Of a stretch of 64,000 nucleotides of DNA, positions 1-13,417 are shown one piece after another. Origin of the DNA: the human T2T-CHM13v2.0 reference genome, Homo sapiens; assembly GCF_009914755.1 (NCBI RefSeq), contig NC_060929.1, one strand, 5' to 3'. Numbering within the stretch: the stretch's first letter is position 1; each line of letters opens with the position of its first letter. The position numbers and the translations under genes are program-made. The notes beneath the pieces are model-generated. The model ran no database searches. It was not told the DNA's origin and saw only the letters and a program-made list of their open reading frames with translations.

Positions 1-670
1 TCATTCCAGAAAATTATTTTTCAGGAAAGTAAGGCTGCAAACCAATAAATAACTTATTGTTTGCTTCAGGAAATTTCTGCAAATCAATTTATGTCAGTAA
101 GCAACTCTCCTCTGGGCCAACAGATTGCTCACCTGGGCAGGTAGCAGCTTGTGTCAATTAACAGTTTACTTATGAAGACTTCTGTCATGGCCCTTAACTC
201 ACAGTGTCCCCCAATCCTAAACTCTATGTCCTGAACATTACCTATTCTTATCAGTCATTGGTCTTGAAAGGCCCCGGGCAACCATTTGAGCCCAGACTTC
301 AATACTCTATCAATACCACCTTATCATCTACTTTTCTAACATGACCCCTCAAGGTGGTGACCCCACTTACAGTCGTCTTTTATTGAATTTAGCTTTCCCT
401 AATCAACATGCTAGTCTATTGGATGCAGTGTCAGAGGCAAAAATCACAGAGGTTCTGAAAGCATCAGCCCATGGTTTTCTAAACATCATGGTTCAAGACC
501 CTTAACACGAAACAGAAAGTTTCCCCGAGGCGCCGTAAACAACCCATTTGGGCGCTTCCCTGATAATTATAGTGAAATCTGGCATCTAATTTTTTTTGGT
601 GGACTCTCAAATTTTATATTTATGTTTTGATTCCTAGAAATAAAAAATGTTTTTATAAGGAATTCTTTGA

Positions 671-761
671 TCGTTTATGTTTTATTCTTGATAGAAACCT
701 ACTACTTTATAACTTCGTTTATGTTTTACTCTTGATAGAAACCTACTACTTTATAACTTCG
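671..761. repeat. 44-bp tandem duplication
   Basis: 671-714 and 715-758 are identical except for one base. Confidence 0.9.
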
Positions 762-789
762 AACATTATTGATGTTCTTCCTGTATTTC

Positions 790-1915
790 TGAGAGGTGAC
801 AGCTTGCTGGCATCCCTCGCTGGCTCTCGGCGCCTCCTCGGCCTCAGCCCACTCTGGCCGCGCTTGAGGAGCCCTTCAGCCCGCAGCTGCACCGTGGGAG
901 CCCCTCTCTGTGCTGGCTGAGGCCTGAGCGGGCTCCCTCTGCTGGCGGGGAGGTGTGGAGGGAGAGGCGCGGGCCGGAACCTGGGCTGCCTGCGGTGCTC
1001 GCAGGTCCAGCGCGACTTCCGGGTGGGCGCGGGCTCAGCGCGACTTCCGGGTGGGCGCGGGCTCGGCGCGCCCCGCACTCTTGAGCGGTCGGCTGGCGCC
1101 GCCGGCCCTGGGCAGTGAGAGGCTTAGCACCCGGGCCAGCAGCTGCGGAGGGTGCACTGGGTCCTCCAACAGTGATGGCCCGCCGGCGCCGCGCTCGAAT
1201 TTTCGCTGGGCCTCAGCCACCTCCCCGCGGGGCAAGGGGGCAGGGCTCGGGACCTGCAGCCTGCCATGCTGGAGCCCTCACCCTCCTCCCCGCCCCCGTC
1301 CCCTGCCCCCCGCCCCCCGCCCCCCGCCCCCCAACCGCAGGCTCCCGCGCGCCACCCCGAGGGGACGGGCGCCACCTCCTGCTACGCGGCACCCGGTCCC
1401 GTCAACCGCCCAACGGCTGAGGAGTGCGGCAGCGCGCCAGAGACTGGCGGGCAGCTCCGCCCGCGGCCGGGATGCACTAGGCAAAGCCAGCTGGGCTCCT
1501 GAGTCCGGTGGGTACTTGGAGAACTTACTACGTCTAGCTGGAGGATTGTAAATGCACCAATCAGCATGCTGTGTCTAGCTCAAGGTATGTGAACGCACTA
1601 ATCAGTGCTCTGTGTCTAGCTAATCTGGTGGGGACTTGGAGAACTTTTGTGTCTAGCTAAAGGATTGTAAACAGACCAAGCAGCTCTCTGTAAAATGAAC
1701 CCATCAGCTCTCTATGAAATGGACCGATCATCAGGATGTGGGTGGGGTGAGATAAGGGAATAAAAGCAGCTGCCAGAGCCAGCAACAGCAACGTGCTAGG
1801 GTCCCTTTCCACAGTGTGGAGGCTTTGTTCTTTTGCTCTTTGCAGTCTTGCTGCTGCTCACTGTTTGGCTCTGCGCAGAGCTGTAACACTCACCGAGAAG
1901 GTCTGCAGCTTCACC
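790..1915 (+). mobile_element. LTR12-family (ERV9) solitary LTR, 3'-truncated, CpG-island-like
   Basis: Starts TGAGAGGTGACAGC; GC-rich U3; GTCTAGCT/GGATTGTAAA/CACCAATCAGC units; AGATAAGGGAATAAAAGCAG promoter; ends after the first GCTGTAACACTCACC..AAGGTCTGCAGCTTCAC unit. Confidence 0.93.
1550..1906 (+). promoter_or_regulatory. LTR12 core promoter (CCAAT, GATA, AATAAA TATA-equivalent) and candidate splice donor GAAG|GTCTGC at 1900/1901
   Basis: CCAAT at 1557, AGATAAG at 1750 and AATAAAA at 1759 match the known ERV9/LTR12 promoter layout; activity not shown. Confidence 0.55.
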
Positions 1916-3049
1916 CAAAGATATTCCAAAGATACAGAAAACTATATAGAGACATTTTGTGTAGTTCTAATAGCATATAATCCACAGGTCCCTGATCTAT
2001 AATATGGGTTTTTTATAAAATTGTTTTTTTGTATGCTATGAGGAATTTTACTTGTTAAAAAGAAGAGGTGGAAAGGCAGAATATGAAAACTATGAAAATG
2101 ACATAAGAGACTATGAATTAGGTGAGAAACCAGAGAGGTTTAGAAACCTGTAGACATTGTGCATCCCCCAATGCCTTTCCCCTTAAAAAAAATTATATTC
2201 TAATCCAGTCCATCAAATAAAGTCTACGTTCATTAGAAACATATTCTCTTGGTTTTTATAATTTCAGTTTTTTTCAGACACAGATAGTGCATATGCAGAT
2301 TTGTTACTTTTGTACAGTGCACCCTGGTAGTGAGCATAGTACCCAGTAGGTAGTTATTCAGCCCATGCTCCCCTCTTTCCCCCACCCCCGTAGCCTGCAG
2401 CATGTCTTGTTCCCATGTTAATGTTCCTGTGTGCTCAGTGTTTAGGTTCCACTTATAAGTGAGAATGTGTGGTATCTGGTTTTCTTTTCCAGCACTAATT
2501 TGCTTAGGATTATGTCCTTAGCTCCATCCATGTTGCTGCAAAGGACATAATTTCATTCTTTTTTATGGAGGCATAGTATTCCATAGTGTATATGTACCAC
2601 ATTTTCTTTATCCAATCCACCTTTGATGGGCACCTAGGTTCATTCCATGTCTGTGCTATTGTGAATAACATGCTGATGAACGTACGAGTGCATGTATATT
2701 TTTCTGGTAGAATAATTTATTTTCCTTTGAATATATACCCAGTAATGGGAATGCTGGGTCGAAGGGTATCTCTGTTTTAAGTTCTTAGAGAAATCTCCAA
2801 AATACTTTCCACAGTACCTGAACCAGTTTACATTTCCATCAACAGTAGTGTATAAGCATTCCCTTTACTCTGCAGCCTGGCCAACATCTAATTTTTTTAC
2901 TTTTTAATTATAGCTGTTGTGACTGATGTGAGATGGCATCTTACTGTGGTTTTTGCTTGCATTTATTTATTTGATGATTAGTAAGGATGAGTGTTTTTTC
3001 ATATACTTGAGTGTCTTCTTTTGAGAAAATATCTGTTCATGTCCTTTGC

Positions 3050-3360
3050 CTTTTCTTGATTTAAATTTTAAGTTGTGGGGTACATGTGCAGGAAGCGCAG
3101 TTTTGTTACATAGATAAACGTGTGTGGTGGTGGTTTGCTGCACCTATCAACCCATCACCTAGGTATTAAGCCCAGCATGCATTAGCTATTTTTCCTGATG
3201 CTCTCCCTCTCCTCAACCCCCTACAGAAAATTATAGTGTGTGTTGTGTGTTGTTCCCCATTGTGTGTTGTTCCCCTCCCTGTGTCCATGTGTTCCCATTG
3301 TTCAGCTCCCACTTATAAGTGAGAAGATGCGGAGTTTGATTTTCTGCTCCTGTATTAGCT
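3050..3360 (-). mobile_element. Short L1PA 3'-end fragment nested in the older L1
   Basis: GGGGTACATGTGCAG..GCTGCACCTATCAACCCATCACCTAGGTATTAAGCCC; flanked by CTTTGCC TSD-like duplication. Confidence 0.75.
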
Positions 3361-4190
3361 TTGCCCTTTTTAACTGGGGTTGTTTTATGCTTGTCATTTT
3401 TTCTTCCTTATGGATTTGTTATATTAGATCTTTATCAGATGCATAGTTTGCAAATATTTTCTCCCATTCTGTAAGTTGTCTGTTTACTCTGTGGATAGTT
3501 TCTATTGCTGTGCAGAAGCCTTTTAGTTTGATTGACTTTCACTTGTCAATTTCGTTTTTGTTGCAATTGTTTTTAGAAACTTAGCCAAAAATTATTTGCC
3601 AAGGCCAATGTCGAGAAAAATATTTCCTAGGTTTTGTTTTAGAGTTTTCATAATCTGAAGTCTTACATTTTAACCTTTAATCCATCTTGAATTAATTTGT
3701 GTGTATGGTGGAAGGTAAGCATCCAGTTTCACTCTTCTGCTTATGGCTAGCGAATTATCCCAGCACCATTTATTGAATAGGGTGCCTTTTCCCCATTGTT
3801 TGTTTTTGTTGGCCTTGTCCACGATCCAGATGGTGGTAAGTGTGCAGCTTTATTTTTGAGTGTTCTATTCTGTTCCATTGGCTTAAGTGTCTGCTTTTGT
3901 AACAGTATCATGGTTAGTGTACACTTATAGTATAGCTGGAAATTGGGTAGTATGACGCCTCTCTGGCTTTATTATTTTTGCTCAGAATTGCTTTGGCCAT
4001 TCTGGCTTTTGGGGGTGTTCCATATAAATTTAGAATAGTTTTTTCTAATTCTGTGAAGAATGATGTTGGTAGTTTCATGGAGATAGCCTTGAATCTACAA
4101 GTTGCTTTGGGCAGTGTGGCCATTTTAACATATTGATTCTTTTAATCTGTAAACATGGAATGTTATTCCATTTATTTGTGTTATCAAAAT

Positions 4191-4340
4191 CTCCTTCCTT
4201 CCTTCCTTCCTTCCTTCCTTCCTTCCTTCCTTCCTTCCTTCCTTCCCTCCCTCCCTCCCTCCCTTCCTCCCTTCCTTCCCTCCCTCCCTCCCTTCCTCCC
4301 TTCCTTCCATCCTTCCTTCCTTTTCTTATTTCCTTCCTTT
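4191..4340. repeat. (CCTT)n/(CCCT)n microsatellite at Alu tail
   Basis: Visible polypyrimidine tetramer array. Confidence 0.95.
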
Positions 4341-4600
4341 TTTGAGACAGAGTCTCACCCTTTCACCCAGGCTGGAATGCAGTGGAGTTATTATAGCTCA
4401 CTGCAGGCTTGAACTCCTGGCCTCAAGCCGTCAGGGTAGTTAGGACTACAGGCATGTGCCACCATGCCTCGCTATTTAAAAAAAAAAAAAAAATTTGTAT
4501 AGATGAGGTTCCACTATGTTGCCTAGGTTGGTCTCAAAACTCCTGGGTCCAAGCGATATACCTGCCTCGGCCTCCCAAAGGCATGAACCACTGCATCCGG
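4340..4600 (-). mobile_element. Alu (AluJ-like), internally deleted
   Basis: TTTGAGACAGAGTCTCAC..CAGGCTGGAATGCAGTGG..CCTCGGCCTCCCAAAG. Confidence 0.85.
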
Positions 4601-7600
4601 CTTCAGATTTCAGCTGTGTTTTGTAATTCTCCTTGTGGAGATCGTTCACATCTTAGGTTAGTTGTATTTGCAGGGATTTTATTTTCATCCTAGGTGTTGT
4701 AAATATGATTGTGTTCTTAATTTAACTCTCAACCTGGATGTTGTTGTTGTATAGAAATGCTACTAATTGTTGTACATTGATTTTGTATCCTGAAACCTTG
4801 CTAAAATCCTTTATCATTTCTAGTAGACTTTTGTTGAAGTCTTTAAGGTTTTTTAGGTATAGAAGGATATTGTTGGGTGAAGACAGATAGTTTGCCTTAA
4901 TCTTTACTTCCTATTTGGGTGCTTTTCTCTTTTTCTGTTGCAAGATTGCTCTGACTAGGATTTCTGGTACTATGTTGAATAGGAGTGGTAAGAGTGGATG
5001 TCCTTGGCTTGTTTCATTTCTAAAGGAGAATGCTTTCAGCTTTTGCCCATTGAGTATTATATTGGCTGTGGGTTTGTTGTAGATAGCTCTTTTTTATTTT
5101 GAAGTATGCTTATTTGAAGCCTCAACTGTTGAGGGTTTTTTTTTGTTTTGTTTTTTCATGAAGGGACACTGGATTTAATTGAAAGCTTTTCCGGCATCCG
5201 TTGAGATGATCATATGGTTTTTGATTTAATTCTGTTTATCTGGTGAATCACATTTATTGATTTGCATATGTTGAACCAGCCATGCATCCCAGGAATAAAG
5301 CCTGTATTGTCATAGTAGATTAATTTTTTGATATGCTGCTGATGGATTCAGTTTGCTAGTACTTTGTTGAGAATTTTTGAGTCTATGTTCGTCAACAGTG
5401 GTCACCTGAATGTTCTTTTTTTTTGCGTCTCTGCCAGGTTTTGGTATTAAGCTGCTTCTGGCTTCACAGCGTGAGTTAGGAAGGAGTACGTTCTCTTCAA
5501 CTTTTCTGGAATAGTTTCAGTAGAATTGTACTAGTTCTTCGTTATACTTCCGGTAGAATTTTGCTGTGAATCCATATAGTCCAGGGCTTTTTGGCTTGGT
5601 AGATTTTTTATTACTTATTCAATTTCAGAGCTTCATATTGGTCTCTTCAGTATTTCAGTATCTTCCTGATTCAATCTTGGAAGATTGCCTGTTTTCAGAA
5701 ATTTATCCATTTCCTCTAGATTTTCTAATTTTTGTGTCTAGAGTTATTCCTAGTATTCTCTGAGGATTATTTTGTATGTCTGTGGGACCATTTTTAATGT
5801 CGTTTTTGTCATTCTGATTTATATATTTAGATCTTCTCTTTTTTTTCTTTGTTTATCTAGCTAAAGGTCTATCAATCTCTTTTTTTAAATCAACTCTTGG
5901 TTTCATTGGTTTCATTAATCTTTTGTATGGATTTTTGCATCTCAATTTCATTCAGATCTTCTCTATTTTAGTTGTTTCTTTTCATTCCTAGCGTTGATGT
6001 AGGGTTGTTCTTTTTTTTTTCTTCCCTAGTTCCTTTAGGTGTAGTGTTAGATTGTTAATTTGAAGTATTTCTAACTTTATGATAAAGGCATTTAAACGTT
6101 CCTCTTAACACTGATTTAGCTGCATCCCAGAGATTTTGGTAATTTGTGTTCCCATTTTCATTAATTTCACTTTCTTAAAATTTCTCCCTTAATTTTGATT
6201 TTCACACAGAAGTTATTCAGGAGAAAGTTGTTTAATTTTCATCTATTTGTGTAGTGTTGAGAGATGTTGGTATTTATTTATATTTTGATTACATTGAGAT
6301 CTAAGAGTGTGCTTGATATGATTTCATTTTTTAAAATTTATCCAGACTTGCTTTATGACCAAGCATGTGGTCAATGTTAGAATATGTTCCCTGTGCAGAT
6401 GAGAAGAATGTATATTCTGTGGTTATTGAGTGGAGTGTTCTGTAGATGTCTTATTAGGTCCAGATGGTCAAGGGTGAAGTTTAAGTACACAGTTTCTTCC
6501 TTAGTTATCTGCTTTGATGATCCAGTGCTGCCAGCGGGGGTGTTGAAGTCTCCTACAGTTATTGGGTGGTCGTCTGTCTTTTTGTAGTCCAAAAAGAACT
6601 TGTTTTATGAATCTGGGTGCTCCATGTTGGGTGCATTTATATTTAGGGTACTTAAGTATTCTTGTTTGATCATATACTTTCTCATGACGTAATGCTCTTC
6701 ATTCTTCAATTGTTCTTTTTAATTTTGATTAAAGTCTGTTTTATCTGATATAAGAATAGTTACTCCTGCTTTTTTGTTATCATTTGCATGGCAGATTTTC
6801 TCCATCCCCTTATTTTGGGCCAGTGGCTGTCATTACATATGAGGTGAGTCTCTTGAAGACTGCAGATGGTGAGCCTTGCATTTTTATCCAGTTTGCCATT
6901 GTATGTCATTTAAGTGGGGGTGTTTAGCCTATTTACATTTATGGTTAATGTTGATACATGAGATTTTGATCCTATCATCACGTTTGTAGCTGGTTTTTAG
7001 GTAGACTTGATTGTGTAGATACTTTATAGTGCCTGTGAGCTATGTACTTAAGTGGGTTTTTGTGGTAGCAGGTGTCATTCTTTTTACTCAATGTATAGCA
7101 CTCCCTTAAGGACCTTTCATAAGGCTGGTCAAGTTGAAATTGATTCCCTCAGTATTTGCTTATCTGAGGAGAAATTTGTTTCTTCTTCACTTAGGAAGTT
7201 TAGTTTAGTGAAATATAAAATTATTGCCTGGAATTTATTTTCATTAATGATGTTGGACATAGGCCCTTAATCTCTTCTGGCTTGTAAGGTTTTTGCTGAG
7301 ATATTTACTACTAGCCTAGTGGAGTTCTTGCTTTATGAAAACATGACCTTTCTCTCTAGCTGCCTTTAAGATTTTTTTTTTCTTTTGTATTTACTTTGGT
7401 GAATGTGATGACTGTGTGCCTTAGGGATAGTCACCTTTTATAGTGCCTAGCTGGGTTTGCTGTATTTTTTGGATTTACATGTCACTCTCTCTAGCGAGGT
7501 TAGGAAAATTTTCATAGACTCTATTCTCAAATCTATTTTCCAAGTTGCCTTTTCTCTTTGTTTCTCTTCTAGGAATGACAATGAGTCGTAGATTTGGTCT

Positions 7601-9340
7601 CTTTATATAATTCCATATTTCTTAAAGCTTTGGTTCATTTTCTTTTTTTAATTCTTTTTTAAAATTTTCTTTTGACTCAGTTGATTCAACGAACCAGTCT
7701 TTGAGCTCTGAGATTCTTTCCTTAGCTTGGCCTACCTTCTGTTAATATTTCTTACTGTATTATAAAATTCTTATACTGAATTTTTTCTGCTCTAGAAATT
7801 CAGTGTGGCTGTTGTTTAAAATGGCAATTTCATCTTTCAGCACTTACTTAGATTGCTTTACTGGATTACTTGGCTAGGGTTTCAACTTTCTCCTTAATGT
7901 TCATGAGCTTCCCTGCCATCGAGGTTCTGTATTCTATGTCTGTTGCAATTATTTTAGACTGATTAAGAACCATTGCTTGGTAGCTAGTGGGCTAATTTTG
8001 AGGTAAGAGGACACTCTAGCTTTTTGAATTGCCAGAGTTCTTGCACTGATTTTTTCTCTTCTGGTAGGGTTAGTGTTCCTTTAACTGTAGTGTATGTTGA
8101 GTATAGGCAATTGGTTTTGTTTCTGGATGCTTTCAAAGGGTCAGGGCTTTCTCTGTCCAGGATTTTTATGTATGAGTAATTCTGGTGTTTGGTTTCACAG
8201 GTGTATATGTAGCAGGATAAATTTTGATGTTGTAGTTTGGGATGTGATCCAATGCATAGTGCTTAAGAGTGATGGCCAGTGGCTAGCCTAATACCCAGTG
8301 GCATGGCTGTTTTATACTTCCTTTTGTTTGCAGGTGTGCTCTATAGTGGGGGTGGGAGAGATGCCTCCATCACCAGATGTGCTCCTGGGCCCTGGGGGAG
8401 TCTCCTGCAATCACTGTGTTTCTTGTGTTAGGTGTTCTAGGCCACAGGTCTCTCTCAGGCAGAGGCCCTTTCCTAGGAGCCATTCTGGGGAACTAGCTGT
8501 AGTGTTTGGGTTCCCTGCACAGGCTTCCTCCCTCTTCAGCTCAGCTTCATTGCTGCCTCTGCATCCACTCAGCATTTTCTCTCTCAAGATCTGCCTAAAT
8601 TACGGTGGTTTACTCCATAATTTGGTATCTCTCAGTGGGGGTGGTGCTTCCTGACCATGTCAAATTGACCATGTATTGTCACAGAATGAAAACCTCTTTG
8701 ATAGACTTTGTAACATTTTTGAATATTACATTCAGGAGTAAAATCTTACGCAGTGTGATCCCAGCTATCTCTTCACTTTTGAGAATAACCTTAAGTAATT
8801 AAAGGATAATTAAATATGTAATTAAAAATTGAAAAATATAACAGCTACACTTCCAGATGTCAACTTCTTTCAGAAAATTTTAAAATCTCTTTAAAGAAAG
8901 GTAAATTGAGACCAAAATAGATTAATAGCTTTATAAAAATAAGTGCTCAAGGAGGGTGTTACATGTGAAAATTAAACTTGGAATTTGTCATTTTACCCGT
9001 AAAATTACTGAGAGTAATTTCCTTGAAATGGAAATAACTTTACAAATTTTTAATTAACAAAAATGCTGAAATATTACTCCGCTTACCTTTATGTAACCTC
9101 TTCCTTGAAAACAACAATTTACTCATCTGGTGTGTGACTCTGATAACCTTCAATCATTCTCTATATCTGACACCATGACTAGTAACTTAGATCTTTAACT
9201 AAGCAACCTTTCTTTCCACCTTTGTGATATTATATCTAGTAATTTAATAACAGACAATCTATGTTGCAAATTAAACTTCCAAATTGAATAGTAATTTTCA
9301 AATCCCAAGGACCCATTTCTTCTGCCTCAATCTTAATTAG

Positions 9341-9680
<340 letters not shown>

Positions 9681-9759
9681 AAATTAACTAAATCAAGCCT
9701 AAATAAAACATATTCACAAAGTGGCAGACTTTTTTAATCCAAAAATTTAACTGTATTAA

Positions 9760-9965
<206 letters not shown>

Positions 9966-10729
9966 GCAAGAGAAGCTGACAGATTCAAATGTTCACAAAC
10001 ATTTATGTTCTATTTTGATAGATACATAAACTATGTTTCTCATTCTTATATACTTTATATTAGGGCATGGGATTAAAGTCAAAATAGTGGAAAATTAGTA
10101 GAAATAACATATTTTATATCCAATTAAGTCTCCAAAATCCCAACATGCACTCTTCTGTATACGTTTTTCAGTATGCTTGACTGGAACGGCCAATTCTACA
10201 GTAGTCTTGGAAGCAACATACTGCAGATTAAATACCTTAGTAGCCTATGTTCTTGAATGCGGACATAAAGGAGCAATGCTTTTCCTATCTTAAAAAAACA
10301 GTTTATATGAATGAAACTTCTGTTCTGTTTAAGATATTATATGTTGTTGAGTGTAGTTGTCAAAGCAACTAGCACGATTCCAAGTAATATAGAAATCACC
10401 AGCTTGAGTTGGGTCTGCCATAACAGCACCTAAAACGTATCCACTAAATTAGTATTAAATGGACAAGTAAACCAAACTCAGAGGGTTGAAATGAAGACTT
10501 GTAATACCCAGTGAAAAAAAATTATTGAAACTACCATCTAAAATTAATTGGAAGCTTAATATTACCTCTAGGAAAGAGTGTGGGAAATGAGGAAAGGCAA
10601 AAGGTAATGTGTTCATGTTTGTTCTGTTCCATAATCCAAGAAATAGATAAACACAGGCAAAAAAAAAAAAAAAAAAAAAAAGAAAAAAGAAATATCCTGT
10701 CTTTAGAGTGGAAAGAAAGTGGATAGAGT

Positions 10730-10944
10730 TGAGTTGCTAAACCTTAGCATTATTGACATTTTATGCCTGATATTCCTGCATTCTGTGGGAGGTTATTCTT
10801 TGCATTGTAGGATATTAATAGTATCTTTAGGCTATACCACCACATACCAGTAGCATCACCACCTAATCATTATAATTCAAAATGTCTCCAGACACTGACA
10901 AGTGTTCTATGGAAACAAAGTCATTCCTTGTTGGAAACCACTTG
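10730..10944 (-). mobile_element. MER20 (hAT-Charlie) DNA transposon
   Basis: TATTGACATTTT..GCATTGTAGGAT..CCAGTAGCA..AAAATGTCTCCAGACA..GAAACCACT. Confidence 0.8.
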
Positions 10945-12519
10945 TAAACAAAAAGTCTAGTAATGGTGGAATTATACAGTGACAGAAAAGCTCAGGTTTT
11001 TCTGATTAGGTTGAAAAAGCTGCTCAGAAATTAAATCCTACTGTGTTCATAAAAAACAAGGAACCCAGCCCTGAAGCAAAGAACTCATCAGGGAAGTTGT
11101 TTTCTCTTTCAAGTCTATGATTTCAAATGACCTTAAAGTGGTCATCTTTACAGTCAGAGAAGCATATGTGTGTTGGGGAGGAGAAAAAAGAAGGAAATGA
11201 GGCAGACTTTAGAATTATACCTAGGAAAGAACTGTATGTTTGGTTATAAACTAGATCCAATAAATAAATAAATGGTTTCCACATAACTACTTGGCAAAGG
11301 TACAATAAGCCTATTGTGAGAAAAAAAAATTAAGGCTTAAAATATCCTCAAGCATCCCAAATTGCACTAATCAGTGCAATTGATGAGTCATGCTGAGAAA
11401 ACACTCATTGTTCTAATTTAAGATGGAGGCATGGAGAATAAGAGAAAATGTAAATTACCTCAGAAAGTAAATCTATGAGCCACAGGGACAATGGACCTTA
11501 AAGTTATTTCCACAGGACATGTTTATGGTTTCATCAAATAAATATTTGTACTGCTCAGAAATATTTTTGTCAGTGCTCTGCAGACTTCTTTGTCTTCTGA
11601 TAGGAGCTTCACCATGGTAACTTAGATTTTACAGATAATTTGTCTTTTGACTTTATAGGACACTAGTCCTCGTTAAGTCATATAGTGGCCTGAGGGAGAG
11701 AACTGCACGTCATGAAACATCCTGAACTCTAAGTTGTAGGCAGTAACTGGGCAAAACTTTAAGTTGTTTACAGAGGGAAGAGAAGTGAATTTTTCATATA
11801 TAAAGAAGTGTGCAAATTGTATTTCATGAGTAGTCTTTTGTCTTCTGGAATGGTGATATATACAAAGTAATCTGGGAAGATACAATTTGGTAATAGTAGA
11901 TCCTTCGTTAACTTGAATTATTTTTTGCAGGAAAGATGCGTCTTTAGCCAAAATTACTTATGGTAAACTGTTATGTAAGCAAGAAATCACCTTCTACTTG
12001 GTTTAAGCTATTCAGTGTACTCTCTAGATAGATATGACACAAAGCTAGCATTATGATACAGTAAACCAAGTGTTAATGTAACTTTATGTTGATTTTGACT
12101 ACATTCTGAAAATAATAAAAGTCATCTGGTATTTTAGGCTTACGATATGAACTTGATACTATGATAGGTGTCTGAAATGTTTATCTCATTTGATTCTTAG
12201 AACAAACTTATATTGTGGGTACTAATACAGTACTGATTTTTTAAATAAGAAAAAGGATTGCAAAAAATGTAAAAAGTCTTATTAAAGAGTACAAAATTCT
12301 ATCTCCAAATGTGTAATGAATTTTATATAGTCAGTTAATATTTGTTTAGCTCAATAAAGTAATGTTCGGTGTAATAGTTGATTTCTTTAATGTTCATTCA
12401 GAATCACATTATCAATTTGAAATTAATTCACCTATTCGAAGAAGTTGCTTCCTCCAATTAAGACAGTATAGTAAGCAAAATAATGGTTTACAAAACAAAC
12501 AAACCAACAAAAAAAAAAC

Positions 12520-12975
12520 CGCATGTCCTGATTTCTGGAAGCTGTGAATATGTTAACTATCTGGTAAAAGGGGCTTTGCAAGTATTATAATGTTAAGGAT
12601 GGTAAGATGAAAAAGTGTCCTTTTGAGTTCAGTGTAATCAAATGGGTTTAAACTAGGGAAACATTCTTGGCTAGAAACATAAGGTGGTATGATTTCAAAA
12701 GAATGGTCAGAGAGACACAGCATTTCTGGTTTGAACAAATGAAAGACCATAAGCTAACAAATCAGGACAGCCTCTGGAGGCTGGAAAAGTCAAGGAAACT
12801 GATTTTCCCCTAAAACCTTCAGAAAGGAACACAACAGTTCTCACTCTTTGATTTTAGCCTCATAAGATGCATTGCAGACATCTGACAAACACAATTGTTT
12901 GACACTATATTTGTGCTATTTTAAACCACTAACTTTGTAGTAATTGGCTACAGCAGCAGTAAGAAAATAATGCAG
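12520..12975 (+). mobile_element. MLT1 (MaLR) LTR
   Basis: TGTGAATATGTTA..GGAAACTGATTTTCCCCTA..TTTAAACCACTAA..CAGCAGCAGTAAGAAAATAATGCA. Confidence 0.7.
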
Positions 12976-13417
12976 AGTGTTTCTATAATGGAGATAAAAG
13001 TATAAACAAGAGGCAAGGATTTCCTTCCTTCACAGTGTTTATAATATACTAAGAAAACAAACATTAAATACACAGGGCCCCAATAGATTATTCCACTTTA
13101 ATTTTAGCTGGCACTGTGGAAGGAAAATAGAAATTCTAGAATATAGTGAATAGGAATATAACTTATTCTTATGTGGGAAGAAATGCTTATTACTGAATAC
13201 TATTTGGGCTGAAAATAAATGCACTGTAGTTACAGTAAGTACAGTAAAAAAGGTAGTTTGCTATAAGGGAACAGAGCCATTGAAATGTAATGAAAGTCAT
13301 CAAAGTTTTAGGCACTAACTATAAGTTGCAAGGAGTTAAACAATTGTAAGCAGTCCGATTATTAAAAAAATATGTGCCTGATTCTCAAAATCACAAGTAT
13401 TCTTTAAGATTGCTAAC

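Larger units (their letters stand above)
2255..8660 (-). mobile_element. Old near-full-length L1 (L1PB/late L1PA-like), degenerate, with nested insertions
   Basis: Antisense L1 3' UTR at 2.3 kb; ORF2-like remnants (3914-4123 [29 protein letters not shown]; 6377-6592 ITVGDFNTP endonuclease motif). Confidence 0.88.

Noticed and set aside
746-1567. Several 60-198 aa ORFs on both strands
   Set aside because: By-product of the GC-rich LTR12; low-complexity P/G/R/A content with no recognisable domain
4125-4412. EGRK/PSFL repeat ORFs
   Set aside because: Translation of (CCTT)n
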